A stretch of 64,000 nucleotides of DNA. Source: Macrostomum lignano. Lineage: Eukaryota. Location: assembly GCA_002269645.1 (NCBI GenBank), contig NIVC01000109.1, positions 607,670-671,669 on the forward strand. The letters run 5' to 3'. The translations under genes and the position numbers were made by a program. Positions 49,503 through 63,326 of this stretch are shown here, one piece after another (position 1 is the first letter of the stretch; each line of letters begins with the position of its first letter). The notes under the pieces were generated by a model. It ran no database searches. It worked only from the letters and a program-made list of their open reading frames with translations, and had not been told where the DNA came from.

Positions 49503-52500
49503 TTATTGGAGTAGTTTTACTATGAGTAGTATATGCTGCCTTTCAGTGTCATTCAACGTAGATTTCATTCCAATTGGCATCTCCAGGTTGTACTGTCCGG
49601 AGATCTCGCGCTCTGCGGCTAGTCTGGGTACATCCTTCATCGTCCGCTGAACCTCTGCCTTGGCCCACCTGAAAGTGAGCCACTCGTCTGCTGCTCCTCT
49701 TCCGGTATTCAACTGCATGGAAACATTGGCAGTGCCTAGAGCCGGACCCCTAAAACAATTGGTTAGTTAGAAACAGGGGGCTGTGTGCATCTTGGCGCAC
49801 TTTAAGCGACATTGTCGCACAACCGGCGAGGCATGCGGATACGTACGCAGTCATACGCGCAGGCACACACTCACACCGAAGTGTACAGCGGCCCTAACTT
49901 TATTTATCGTTAGGCATGTACACTTCACTGTGCCTTGGGGGATAGAGCCACGTCGAGATTCCAATTCAGTCCCAAATCAATTTGACTGCACTTGGAATCG
50001 AGCCTGTGCCGCTGGCACAGCAGTGCGCCGCTCTGGACCACTGGGCTACGGCCCCCTAATCGGGGAGTGACGACGCAGACTCTGCTTAACTTGGCTCTTA
50101 GTGCCCTAATCCACTGTCCTAGGGCTAGAGCATAGATACTAAAACCTCTTTTAAACATGTGTTCCTGCAGTATCCATGTGATTGGGATGAGCAACAGTGT
50201 AAAGAACGCTTACGTGGCTCAGTGCCCAGAGGATGCCGCAGAGGATGCAGCCCAATACGAACCCGGCAACGCTAAAAAGTGCTGCAAAGATGGCGCAATT
50301 ACTTGTCAAGGACTTGAGATCATCAGCTGGACAACTAATCAGAGCTGAGTTGCTGCAGATTCGTTCAAACGCCATGCCATTTGGCAGAATCTGCACTGCA
50401 CTGCAGGTGACTTTAGGAGGACTGCCTATCAGCTCAGTGACGAGCCGCCATTGGCTGACAGTTCTGCCGTCATCGATCGATTTCTGCAAGGCCGCAACAA
50501 TTAGCCAGTGAGTCTGGGATTTTCGATGATTCTGCACTCATTACAAAAAGGACATATTTATTAAAGGACAATAAATGATTAATGCTTCCTTTTATATCTA
50601 TGACCACGGGCATGTGTTTAGCGCTCTTATGTCTATGGCTAAGACAGATGTCGCGCGAGTAAAATGATTGTTTCCGTTTGTTGGTCAGTCTATGTCTATG
50701 GCCAAGAAGTGGACGGAAATCCTAGAATCGGTCAAGGGGAACTGACACATTTATTCTAGCATCAGTCCAACTCCTAAATGACAAGACGAATTAATTTTCC
50801 TCGAATAAAAATTACTGCGATGCCCCCTCCAGATTCTGCAAGACTCACCGTGAGAAGGTGGGTGAGATTTTGTACCCGAGTCCATTCAGCTGCAACGCTG
50901 CATCTGTGCTCAGGCAACGGCCAAGAAGAGGAAGATGTAAACTGCACTGTCGCATCTACTAGGCGCTTTCGGCAAACGAGGTTCAGTACCGCCACTGACA
51001 CGCTTGATGGAGGGTCTGTAAGGGAAACGGAGTGTGGAAAATCTTAATTCTTACTGTAGGCAGTTTCCAGTCAGCTTTAAACTGTTTAAAATTCATAAAA
51101 AACAAAATAGTCGCAACTCACTCGTCACTTGCACTGATGTTGACTTTGTTAAAGAGTCTAAATGGCACGTGTAATTTCCAGAATGCCAGGATTTTGCCTT
51201 GTCAATTTGAACCTCGTGGTCAGATGTGCAGCCACCGTTTGGCAAGCAGAGCTTCAGCCCGCTAAAATCAGTGCTCATCGCTGAGCTGGCGCAGAGCAAC
51301 GAGCAGCTCACTGAGAATTTGGAGTTCTTCGCCACAATTTGATCATCAGATGGCTCTAAAATACATGATGGAGCAACGACTCGAGTGGTTATAAACTTAA
51401 ATATGAAGCGATGAAGAGTAAGGGATAAGGCATTGCGTACTGAGTAGCGCTGGAGCCCGAAGTCGAAGATCAGCAAAGCTCATGGCTTCGCACTGTATGC
51501 TTCTATTACAGGCAAATGTCACGTTTTTTCTTAGCAACAGGAATCGAACCTAAAATAGAGTTTGGTTGCAGTGGGCCATCAAATAAGGACTCAGCAATAT
51601 TACGTAGATTTTATTAAAAGCTTAAATAAAACTTGCTTACCTCTGTGGGGCAGTCTAGCGCGGATACCATAGGGACTCTAGCGTTCCTCAGCTCACTGCC
51701 TGTGACACCGCACAGTCTCCAGTGCCGCCGTGTTGCTCTGAACTGCCTGCTTATGCTCCTGGAGTTGCAGTGATGCCCTGAGAACATCTGCTGATTACTA
51801 CTAGATGTAAAGATCTCAATGTTACTGCTTCCTAAAAGCATTAGTTTTTTAAATGATTTGGACTTAATTGACGCCAAATGTGGTGACACAACAGCAAGGA
51901 CTACTAGAATAGAAGGACGAAACACTTGCAAATCGTGGAAAATAGTTGAAGGCCGGTTATTAAAATGTCTGTATCTCTGAATCGATTGCATATAGAAGGT
52001 TAATTTTTTCGTCCGATTGTTCAGATTTTTGTCCCCTACCAAGCAAGTTATGAATTTAATTTCCAACTAGATGTAGTTTTGCATTCAAGTCTTCAAGTTT
52101 AGGAAACAATGAAGTAGCCGAAAATCTTTGGCGCAAATTTTTGTTACGGTTGTAAAAAATGTAATAAGCTAATGATACTAAACCAATTATAAAAAATAGA
52201 GCTACTCGTAAATGTTTCTGAACCAAGTAGCTACCAGACAATATTGAGTACTCATACCCAGTACTCAGTGAGTTTGCAGTGAGCTGCAAACAGCACATAC
52301 GTCAGTAGTATGTTGAAAATCATGCAATTTATCTATCTCGCTATGGTCCAACGAAAATTGGTCTTCAATTCAACTATTTTTACACGAATCGAGAGTGCAC
52401 GCACTCGTAACGTCTTTCTATATAGAAAGTGTTCCTAGCGGTCCTTGCACAGCAGTCACTCACCCGCTCTGCCGGTCACAGTCACAGATCTGATGAGCAC

Positions 52501-52865
52501 TGTCTCATTCAGCTGCACTGCAAACCAGTGAAACCCATCGTTCACCTCATCCGTACTTTGGCTGCTTTTGAAAAACGTTTCGGCCATTAATTTGGTATCG
52601 AGATACAGTTCATCATATTTTTGTTTGTCGTAGAAACAAGTTTGAGTCGCAGCAAATGAAGACTGCCAAGAGTTCAATACGCGACTCCTTCGAATTGGCA
52701 GTTCACCTGTGGAATATTATAAAATTTGCGGGACATTTTCATTATTTGAGTGTAATTAAAAGGTAAGCTGATTGATCACCCACAGTAGTAGGCGGATGCT
52801 CCATCTGAGGCCACTGAAAGCAGCAGCAGAGTAAGGTAGGCGAGCACATCATGTACTTTTTGCAT
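49503..52865 (-). CDS. Probable type I membrane protein: signal peptide, galactose-binding/F-type-lectin-like domain, Ig domain, FN3-like segment, TM, short tail
   Basis: Exons 52784-52865 (MQKVHDVLAYLTLLLLSVASDGASAYY), 52464-52706 (HWFAVQLNETVLIRSVTVTGR), unresolved exon(s) ~51640-52285, 51122-51355 (FSVSC...QIDKAKSWHSGNYTCHL), 50849-51015 (PPSSVSVAVLN), 50214-50531 (TM IFAALFSVAGFVLGCILCGILWAL), 49503-49712. Domain names are inferred from motifs only. Confidence 0.65.
49897..50056 (-). mobile_element. tRNA-derived SINE, near full-length copy
   Basis: Its reverse complement matches the 16043 copy at both the head and the tail. Confidence 0.8.
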
Positions 52866-54464
52866 TTGATCAGCTTCTTCGGATCGTTTCTAAAAAATTT
52901 CTGAAAGAACGCCGCACATTTTGGTCACAGACCGACACAGCTTATACCAACTTTATTAACTTCTGTTAGCACAATTTTTTGATGAATGATAAAAAGCCAC
53001 AATTTTATACACTAAGCGCTGTGTGTCGTCTTTTGGTTGAATTAGCATATTCGCTTTCAAAATATTTACAATACCTTATATCAGCTATAGCCACACCGGA
53101 ACCTTACATGTAGATTGTTTAGATTCAGTTAGTATAGAATTGAAGGATATAGTAAAAGCTGTTGAAAGAGGCTGCAAATTCCAAGCTCTCATTGCTTACT
53201 ATCCGTCTAACTTGTGCCTTCTGGGCTTTTCAACACAATCGTGCCATTCAAATTTGCCAAGAACTAGCTAAAGCTGTGTATCAAAATAACAGAATGATAA
53301 AATATAGATTCATAAAACCTATGAGTCGAGCTGTGCGCGCCATTTCTATGGTTTCTAGGCTTAGCACATGCAGTATAGTATGTACGTTGGATATAAAATT
53401 AAATTAACAGTTGCATGTATAGAATCCTAATTTTCTAATCAAAGCAACATGTATATATATACACTAAGTATATATCAATAGAGCTATAAGAAAGGCAAGA
53501 CATATCACGATGAGCGTTGCACGGGTCTGCCTCCTATCAACAGCAATAACAATTTTTGTGCTACAATAAATGTCCATTTTCCATAAATTGCATGCATTTT
53601 TCGGTAGACCTGGCAGCCTCCTAAAATTTTCCAGTTTCCCGCCATCTTAAATGAAGTAGTCCTTGCATGACACGTACCTGGCTTGGTTATCAGCATGCTT
53701 TACACAGGTCGGCTTGTTCAACTGGCAGCTACATTCTAACGTTTGTTACATTATGGCACCTATATCATGCAAGAGCCTGTCCCCATCTTACTTCACTAGC
53801 TGGACCCCTGGTCCCCTTGAACATTTTTACTTAACTAGCTGACAGCACTAACTTTCAAGGGCCAGTGCATAAAACTGTTATATACAGTGGTCCTTGATAA
53901 CTTTATGTATCGTAACTTCGCAAAGTTTTTGTTGCTCAGTTTGCACGAAAATTGTATGGTTCTTTAATTACCGTAAAAAATTAGGGCATACGCTGCTGCT
54001 GTTATATGAATTTATTCTAGGTGTGTTTTACCTTCCATTTTTTGATAAAAAAAAACATTCATTTGACTGCAATTTCGGCTCTTAGTTACGTTTTATAAGC
54101 GTGTATTTTCAATTGGAGCACTTAGCAAGTCTATAGAGCAAACATAAACGCACTCAAAAACACTATTTTAAAAGTCAGCCATTAGCTCGTAATTTACATT
54201 ATGTATTTTTAAAATGTATCTGTACCCGCTGTAGTTAATATAAAATTAAATATTATTTTTAATTATTTTATATTTGTTAAAAATATATCACGTACACACA
54301 CGTCACAGGCATAATTTGAATTTCACAACGTCAGAACATACGTGACCATATAGACTCGTACTCAGACATTGGCACTACTGCATCACAACACTGTCAAATT
54401 ACTGATTTATTTATATAGTTATACACAAGTCTTCTGAATCCTACAGATTCTGCTCTTAAGCATC
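52866..54464. promoter_or_regulatory. Intergenic region between divergent start codons (candidate bidirectional promoter)
   Basis: The receptor gene ATG (52865, minus) and MANF ATG (54465, plus) are head-to-head, 1.6 kb apart. No specific elements were identified. Confidence 0.35.
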
Positions 54465-57400
54465 ATGCGTCTAATTTTGGTTACCTTTTTCTTGTGTTTT
54501 ACATACACATTTGGCGCGAAGGTTAATGATGAGACATGCGAAGGTGAGTGGTGAGGCAGACTCCACATTCCTTGTGACGTGTTGCTTTGATTGTAGATTT
54601 TATATAATTTGGCTAATTTGCAGTGTAAATTCAAGTTTTAGCTCAATTTAACTTTAAAATACTTTTAATAACTTCTATATAATATATTTGCTGTTTGCTG
54701 ACCTTGAGCTTGACATTGCATTATGTATAATGTATTAGGCCCCTAATGACATTTATTTAAGTTAATTTTATTAAAAAAATTATTTTACTTTTTTTATTAA
54801 TTCGAATTTAAAATTATCAAAGCAAACTAGCATATATCATATTTTAATTGTTTAAGTTATTAGGGAAGTTTTTTCTATTGGTATAATTGTTGTAAACACT
54901 TTATTATATTCATAAGCCAGGATGGAATTTTTGTACAAAATCCTGGACATGTTCCATGCGCGCTAACAAAAACTTGCGCACTTGCGCGCACATTTCTAGC
55001 AAACTTGCGCAACTTTAAAAAGCTTTTGTGTGCGCAGCTTAATATTCTAAGAAATCTTGTATAATTTCATTTTAATTTTGAATAGCCTATTGCACTTATT
55101 ACAGTAAAACAAAGTTATTGCAAATTTAATAACAAAGCTACTGGGAACTACATTAAACTAAAAAAGAATAAAATCATTTATATTTTAAAGACTTATTTAA
55201 ACTTTAATAAAACGACGTAAAAAATTGCTAAGAAATTCAAGTGGCAAAAAAAACTGCGCATAATTCACGGGTAAAAAACTTGCGCAAAAAAATTACGCGC
55301 AACTTTTTGTTCCAAACTCGTCATGCAAAGATTCTATCCTGGTTCATAAGCCTAGTTAGACCTAGACTAGGCTAGGCCTAATATATTTGGTTTGATAGCT
55401 ATAGCCATAATTTCAATAGAACACTAGAATAGGTATAATTATAAAGATATTAATAAGCTGCCAGACTTTGGATAGTATACATGTATTGTACACTAGATTT
55501 TTTTGGCATATAAAAAGATTTAATATATACCATTAGTGTAAAAATTGACATATAGAAGGGCCTAGCATACACCTTGGTATACAGCTTGGCATACAGAGAA
55601 CTAGACCAAGTTAGTTTGTTATAGTCACATCTTCATATACTTCACACTCTCAGAATGAGTAATAGTGGACAACCTAGTATAAAAAGTACTAGGCAAAATT
55701 AATGCAAACATGCATTTGAATTCACATAGTCACATGTCCATAATTCCAAAAATTATTGTCTGTTGATATGCCACTAATAATAGTGATGTGGCGTGGCTTG
55801 AACTGTGGTTTGGAAAAATATGTTTATGGCCAAAATCACTATGTCAACTCTTTGTATTTAAGAAAAGATAGGCTTAGGGTTAGAAATGTTAGCTGCTAAG
55901 CTGAGAATTATAGGATTCAAGTGCTCTTCACTTCAAAATGACTGGACAACTTTCTGCCCCAACAGGGATCATGCCACCTCAAGACATTCGCCTAACTCAT
56001 GAATATAGAACTGATTTTTGTTTTGGCATATTTTTGTGTGCAATAAGTCTATTGGCATATCTATTTATTATTATGATTATATGAATCTATTTATTATTAT
56101 AATGAATATTAAAATAATTTACTATTATTTGGTGATACAAAAGCAATGAAGCTATAAAATAAATAATTTTCATTTAAAAAGTTTTAAAAACATCTATAAA
56201 AGCACAAAGTATCCATGTATAGCCTTTTCTTTAATACAATTATTTGTTTAAATGTTAAATACAATTATGACTAAAATGACTAATAAAAATAGTAGAAAAG
56301 CTCTCATAATATATTTATTAACTTTAGGTGTCATATATTAGCAAATTCTATAATGCAACAACATTTTTCAACATTTGTTTCAAAGGTTTATTTGTTTATT
56401 ACTTTGTTACTATTGACAACATATACTTTATAGAGTTTGTCTGCAATAAATGCGGTATTCAATGTAAGTTCAATATTAAATGTATACAAATTCCTATAAG
56501 GATCAAAAACCACATTTTACTTAGCTTTTACAGAAGTAATTGAAAAAATTCTTTTTTTCATTTTTACATACCAAAATGATACATGTTAATGTGTAATTTC
56601 ATTGTTCTTTGTCACTTAATAAGCATATAGGAAGCATTTGATTTGGATGCCAGGTTCACATTTTGCGGTACCTATTACATGCACTAATACTCTACAAGTT
56701 AATATTTAAACAAAATAATTTAAAGAAAACAACTTTAAGATTTTTTTGCAAATGGGTGATATATTTACTTTTGGAGAGAAATGTCGCTAGAAAACTTTGC
56801 ACTTTTAATTAGTGTGAATTTTTTAGAGTTTAGGTGGTTTTAGAAGAAGTTAAAAATCCTTAGAAATCCTTCATCTTTTTGAATAAAATAAACAGTAAAA
56901 CACAAAATACTTTCTCTTTCGTGAGTAGTCAAAAAAGCCTTTTTTGAGGTCTAAAAGTCTTAAAATTAATTGTTTATTTGTAAAAAATGAAAAAACAATT
57001 TTAAAGTGGTCGACTTGGACTTAAAAAACGGCTTTTCTTGGGGTTGTAAAAAATCTTTTATTCAACGATGTAAGCCATAAAAACAATAGTTTCTATCAAG
57101 AACTATTTTCAAATCATTTTCATTGGCATTTGCATCAAAAAAGTAACCATTTTAAACATCTGCAGTCTGTGTGAAATTTGTTCGACGTTTTGAGAACAGC
57201 CTTGAAGATGCCGCAAAAGGCAACATGGACAAGATCTCTGACGCTTTTAAGAAGTTCTGCCTGACCGCTAAGGGCAAGGATGAACGCTTTGTAAGTAGCA
57301 GAATAAGATGTGTGCTCTTGTAAAACCATATCTTCTGTTTTCGTGGCTACCAGCATCTCTCCCCCATCTCTCATCCTCACAGTGCTACTACGTCGGCGGC

Positions 57401-59820
57401 CTGAAGACCTCGGCCACATACATTGTGAATGAGTTGGCCAAGCCAGTCAGCTGGGGCATGCCGGCCGAGAAAGTGTGCGAAAAGCTCAAAGCTAAGGACT
57501 CGCAGATTTGCGATCTGAAATACGGTGAGCCACTCGTTCTTTAATTGATGTTCAACTGCTCATCCTGGTACACTTTAAGCGACATCTAAGCATCCCCCAG
57601 ATAGCAAGCATCCCCCCAGATAGCAAGCACCCCCCAGATAGCAAGCACCCCCAGATAGCAAGCATCCCCCAGATAGCAAGCATCAGCACCCCCAGATAGC
57701 AAGCATCCCCCAGATAGCAAGCATCCCCCAGATAGCAAGCACCCCCAGATAGCAAGCACCCCCAGATAGCAAGCACCCCCAGATAGCAAGCATCCCCCAG
57801 ATAGCAAGCATCAGCACCCCCCAGATAGCAAGCATCCCCCAGATAGCAAGCATCCCCCAGACAGCAAGCACCCCCAGATAGCAAGCACCCCCAGATAGCA
57901 AGCATCCCCCAGACAGCAAGTATCCCCCAGATAGCAAGCATCCCCCAGATAGCAAGCACCCCCAGATAGCAAGCATCCCCCAGATAGCAAGTATCCCCCA
58001 GATAGCAAGCATCCCCCAGACAGCAAGTATCCCCCAGATAGCAAGCATCCCCCAGATAGCAAGCACCCCCAGATAGCAAGTATCCCCCAGACAGCAAGCA
58101 CCCCCCAGACAGCAAGCATCAGCATCCCCCAGACAGCAAGCATCCCCCAGACAGCAAGCATCCCCCAGACAGCAAGCACCCCCCAGACAGCAAGCATCAG
58201 CATCCCCAGATAGCAAGCATCCCCCAGACAGCAAGCACCCCCAGATAGCAAGCATCAGCACCCCCCAGATAGCAAGCATCCCCCAGATAGCAAGCATCCC
58301 CCAGATAGCAAGCACCCCCAGATAGCAAGCACCCCCCAGATAGCAAGCACCCCAGATAGCAAGCATCCCCCAGATAGCAAGCATCAGCACCCCCCAGATA
58401 GCAAGCATCCCCCAGATAGCAAGCATCCCCCAGACAGCAAGCACCCCCAGATAGCAAGCACCCCCAGATAGCAAGCATCCCCCAGACAGCAAGTATCCCC
58501 CAGATAGCAAGCATCCCCCAGATAGCAAGCACCCCCAGATAGCAAGCATCCCCCAGATAGCAAGCATCCCCCAGATAGCAAGTATCCCCCAGATAGCAAG
58601 CATCCCCCAGACAGCAAGTATCCCCCAGATAGCAAGCATCCCCCAGATAGCAAGCACCCCCAGATAGCAAGTATCCCCAGACAGCAAGCACCCCCCAGAC
58701 AGCAAGCATCAGCATCCCCCAGACAGCAAGCATCCCCCAGACAGCAAGCATCCCCCAGACAGCAAGCACCCCCCAGACAGCAAGCATCAGCATCCCCCAG
58801 ATAGCAAGCATCCCCCAGACAGCAAGCACCCCCAGACAGCAAGCATCAGCATCCCCCAGACAGCAAGCATCCCCCAGACAGCAAGCATCAGCATCCCCTA
58901 GACAGCAAGCATCCCCCAGATAGCAAGCATCCCCCAGACAGCAAGCACCCCCAGACAGCAAGCATCAGCATCCCCCAGACAGCAAGCATCCCCCAGATAG
59001 CAAGCATCCCCCAGACAGCAAGCACCCCCCAGACAGCAAGCATCAGCATCCCCCAGACAGCAAGCACCCCCCAGACAGCAAGCATCAGCATCCCCCAGAC
59101 AGCAAGCACCCCCAGACAGCAAGCATCAGCATCCCCCAGACAGCAAGCACCCCCAGACAGCAAGCATCAGCATCCCCCAGACAGCAAGCATCCCCCAGAC
59201 AGCAAGCATCAGCATCCCCCAGACAGCAAGCATCCCCCAGACAGCAAGCATCCCCCAGACAGCAAGCATCAGCATCCCCCAGACAGCAAGCATCCCCCAG
59301 ACAGCAAGCATCAGCATCCCCAGACAGCAAACATCCCCCAGACAGCAAGCATCCCCCAGACAGCAAGCATCCCCCAGACAGCAAGCATTCCCCAGACAGC
59401 AAGCATCCCCCAGACAGCAAGCATCAGCATCCCCCAGACAGCAAGCATCCCCCAGACAGCAAGCATCCCCCAGATAGCAAGCATCCAAATTGATGTGACT
59501 GCACTTGGAATCGAGCCTGGGCCGCTAGCACATCAGAGCGCCCTACTGGTCACTGGGCTACGGCCCCCCTCAACCGCTCACTCACTGCAGTTGCTTATCA
59601 CTAATTAGTGCACACCTTCCATTCCTTAACAGAGAAATCCGTGGACTTCAGCACCGTCAAGTTCGATAAGCTGAAAGTGAAAGAGTTAAAGAAGATTCTG
59701 GAAAACTGGGGCGAAGTTTGCCGCGGCTGCACTGAGAAGTCCGAGTTCATCCGCCTGGTCAAGGAGCTGCTGCCCAAGTACGAGCCGGAGGCGGCCAAGA
59801 AGCGCAAGGACGAGCTGTGA
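54465..59820 (+). CDS. MANF: Mesencephalic astrocyte-derived neurotrophic factor / ARMET family protein, 177 aa
   Basis: Exons 54465-54543 (signal peptide [18 protein letters not shown]...ETCE), 57166-57290, 57383-57524, 59633-59820; total 534 nt. Eight-Cys pattern: [55 protein letters not shown]. Ends KDEL. Confidence 0.97.
54917..55342. mobile_element. MITE / non-autonomous DNA transposon (hAT-like), 426 bp
   Basis: Imperfect TIRs CCAGGATGGAATTTTTG and CAAAGATTCTATCCTGG. Exact 8-bp TSD TTCATAAG at 54909-54916 and 55343-55350. Subterminal TGCGCA-type motifs lie near both ends. Confidence 0.8.
57588..59486. repeat. ~19-20-bp minisatellite (GCAAGCATCCCCCAGATA)n with higher-order duplications
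   Basis: Directly visible; lies in MANF intron 3. Confidence 0.96.
59486..59569 (-). mobile_element. tRNA-derived SINE, head-only copy
   Basis: TGTGACTGCACTTGGAATCGAGCCTGGGCCGCTAGCACA...CTGGGCTACGGCCCCC. Confidence 0.75.
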
Positions 59821-60559
59821 TCGAAGCAGCTGATTAAAAAAATTCGCAGATTTCAAGCTTTCCGTCTCCGAATCAAACTGTTAGGCTCATTTTTAAAGTT
59901 TCTTTCTGCGTTTTTCTCTTCACTGGCTACTTATAAGTAACTACTTGTGCGTTTTCCTTGTCTAGCTGTGAATGATGTCGCTCTCTTTCTCTTGTCTTTA
60001 GTCTAGTTTTTGTGCAACAGTTATTCCCGAACTGTCTCCTTTCCTTTCGGTGAACTGCGAATATTTGACATTGTTTTGTTTGTGTTGCGAACATGATAAT
60101 ATATGAATATCTGATTGTCGGCTGCATTTGATCTGGCAGACACTGTTTATCTGATAAATTTATTATAGCTACTGTTATAGTACTGTTAAGTAGTCGTTTA
60201 GAGATAGGCTACTTGCCCATGTGTGCTCTATTAATTATTCAGTACACTGTACAATGCACTGCGTCTCTCTATTAACTAATCAAACAGATTTCAAATAAAA
60301 AGTCGAAACCGTTTTGACTGCCAAATTATTAATTATTGATCTGATAAAAGTAATCCGGGATCTCCGTGTTTCGGATTTAATTTTTATAGATTTTCTTTCG
60401 GTTTTATCTTGTTGAATTTTATGCTTTAGTCTGTCACTGTCACAGTAGTATGAATTGACCATTGGTTCATGTCTTGATGAAGCATATATTGGCTCGAAGC
60501 ACATTTAATTATCGAATGACTATTAGTGGACTGCTTTAGATGCAGTGTTACTCTGAGTA

Positions 60560-61025
60560 AATGTACATCCACTGCCCCCCACTCACCCAATGTACAACCG
60601 CTCCCCACCTCCGTCCCAATGTACACCCGCTCCCACCCCCGTCCCAATGTACACCAGCTCCCCACCACTGCCCAAATGTACACCAGCTCCCCACCCCTGT
60701 CCCAATGTACACCCGCTACCACCTCCGTCCCAATGTACACCGCTCCCCACCCCTGTCCCAATTTACACCCACTCACCGCGATTTACACTCGCTCCCCCAC
60801 TCTCCCCGATGTACACTCGTTCCCCCATTCACCCCAATGTAAAACCGCTCCCCACCTCCGTCCCAATGTACACCCGCTCCCACCCCCGTCCCAATGTACA
60901 CCGCTCCCCACCCTGTCCCAATTTACACCCACTCACCGCGATTTACACTCGCTCCCCCACTCTCCCCGATGTACACTCGTTCCCCCATTCACCCCAATGT
61001 ACACTCGCTCCCCACTCACCCCGGC
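60560..61025. repeat. C-rich degenerate minisatellite (core CCCAATGTACAC) with a duplicated ~190-bp block
   Basis: Directly visible. Confidence 0.85.
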
Positions 61026-61547
61026 CCACAGTCACTTTATCTTAACTCTCAATCCTTGTTGTGCTTTAATAAACAGTCTACTTATTAGTGATTGAGTTTT
61101 ACTAATTGGAAAATATGAAATTCCAGGCTAGGACTGTTATACAAGTCTATCAATAAAATCAGATTTTAAACTATAACCTCTAGTTTCTATCTATGATGCT
61201 GAATTATATAAAATAATAACATGATTTTGATATTTGATTTACTTACAACTGAAATTAGAAAATTTATATTTTGCATGCTCAAAAGTGACCTTAAACTGAA
61301 GCGTGTAATACGAGTTCCAAAAAATGGAACATTTTACTACTACGAGTGCTAAATGGTGTTTGCTACTATAAGTAGGAAATAAGTGCATTATTTATTTTTG
61401 TACGAAGCAGGATTTTGTTTTCCTCCTATGCGATAAATAATGTCTTTAAAAAAAGAATTTTCGACAGAATCAGAGCAAGGACTACTTAGTCCTAAGTCGC
61501 ATCACTGACTGCAGCTGTCCTTGGTTCATACGTGTAGTGAAATCAAC

Positions 61548-62891
61548 TTAAATCAGTGTGAACTTCATCAGGACGGCCGTTAGCCACGCCGCTAATCCAA
61601 AAGTGGTGCTGATGATTCTCAGAGTGGACGCTCGATTGCTGAAATCTGCGGGTGAGAGGGGGCAATGTTCAAATTTTTTCAACAAACTGAAGCCAGGGTA
61701 ACATCGCGATATTAAAAGTATAACCCGCTCTCATTTTTATATGTTTCCTGTCTTACTAGATCTCAACAGCCTAGATCTCAGTCACCTTGACATCTAAGAA
61801 CCTCCTAGGACCTCCCTAGGACCTTCCCTAGGACCTCAGTCTCAATGGGTCACTCAGTCTCACTAGATCTCCGCCTGGGGTCACTCAGTCTCGCTAGATC
61901 TCCGCCTGGGGTCACTCAGTCTCGCTAGATCTCCGCCTGGGGTCACTCAGTCTCGCTAGATCTCCGCCTGGGGTCACTCAGTCTCACTAGATCTTCGCCT
62001 GGGGTCACTCAGTCTCACTAGATCTCCGCCTGATGTCACTCAGTCTCGCTAGATCTCCGCCTGGGGTCACTCAGTCTCACTAGATCTCCACCTAATGTCA
62101 CTCAGTCTCGCTAGATCTCCGCCTGGGGTCACTCAGTCTCACTAGATCTCCGCCTGGTGTCACTTAGTCTCGCTAGATCTTCGCCTGGGGTCACTCAGTC
62201 TCACTAGATCTCCGCCTGGGGTCACTCAGTCTCACTAGATCTCCGCCTGATGTCACTCAGTCTCGCTAGATCTCCGCCTGGGGTCACTCAGTCTCGCTAG
62301 ATCTCCGCCTGGGGTCACTCAGTCTCACTAGATCTCCGCCTGATGTCACTCAGTCTCGCTAGATCTCCGCCTGGGGTCACTCAGTCTCGCTAGATCTTCG
62401 CCTGGGGTCACTCAGTCTCACTAGATCTCCGCCTGATGTCACTCAGTCTCACTAGATCTCCGCCTGGGGTCAACTACGTCTTTGTGTAATACTTGTACGC
62501 TCGTACTTGTAGAATGGGATCTCATAGGTAAACCCTAGCTTGATAAAATAAACCTCACTGCAGAGTGTACATGTAACCGCGAGCTCACCCAGGTGCAGCA
62601 CAATGCTCTTGGTGATAGTCCTGCCGGACACCAGATTCTGGGTTGCCCGGCACTCCAGCAGCAGACTGTTGTAGCTTCGATGTAGCCGAATGAACAGAAT
62701 TCTGGAGCTGGCCAGTAGCTGCTGGTTCACTGCGGGTTCGGGAAATTGACTGACTGACTGACTGACTGACTGACTGACTGACTGACTGACTGACTGACTG
62801 ACTGACTGACTGACTGACTGACTGACTGACTGACTGACTGACTGACTGACTGACTGACTGACTGACTGACTGACTGACTGACTGACTGAAT

Positions 62892-62972
<81 letters not shown>

Positions 62973-63009
62973 GACTAACTAACTTACTAACTAACTAACT
63001 AACTGACTG

Positions 63010-63048
<39 letters not shown>

Positions 63049-63053
63049 GACTG

Positions 63054-63143
<90 letters not shown>

Positions 63144-63144
63144 C

Positions 63145-63175
<31 letters not shown>

Positions 63176-63213
63176 CAACTAACTGACTAACTAACTAACT
63201 AACTAACTTACTT

Positions 63214-63254
<41 letters not shown>

Positions 63255-63283
63255 GTAACTAACTAACTAAGTAACTAACTAAG

Positions 63284-63326
<43 letters not shown>

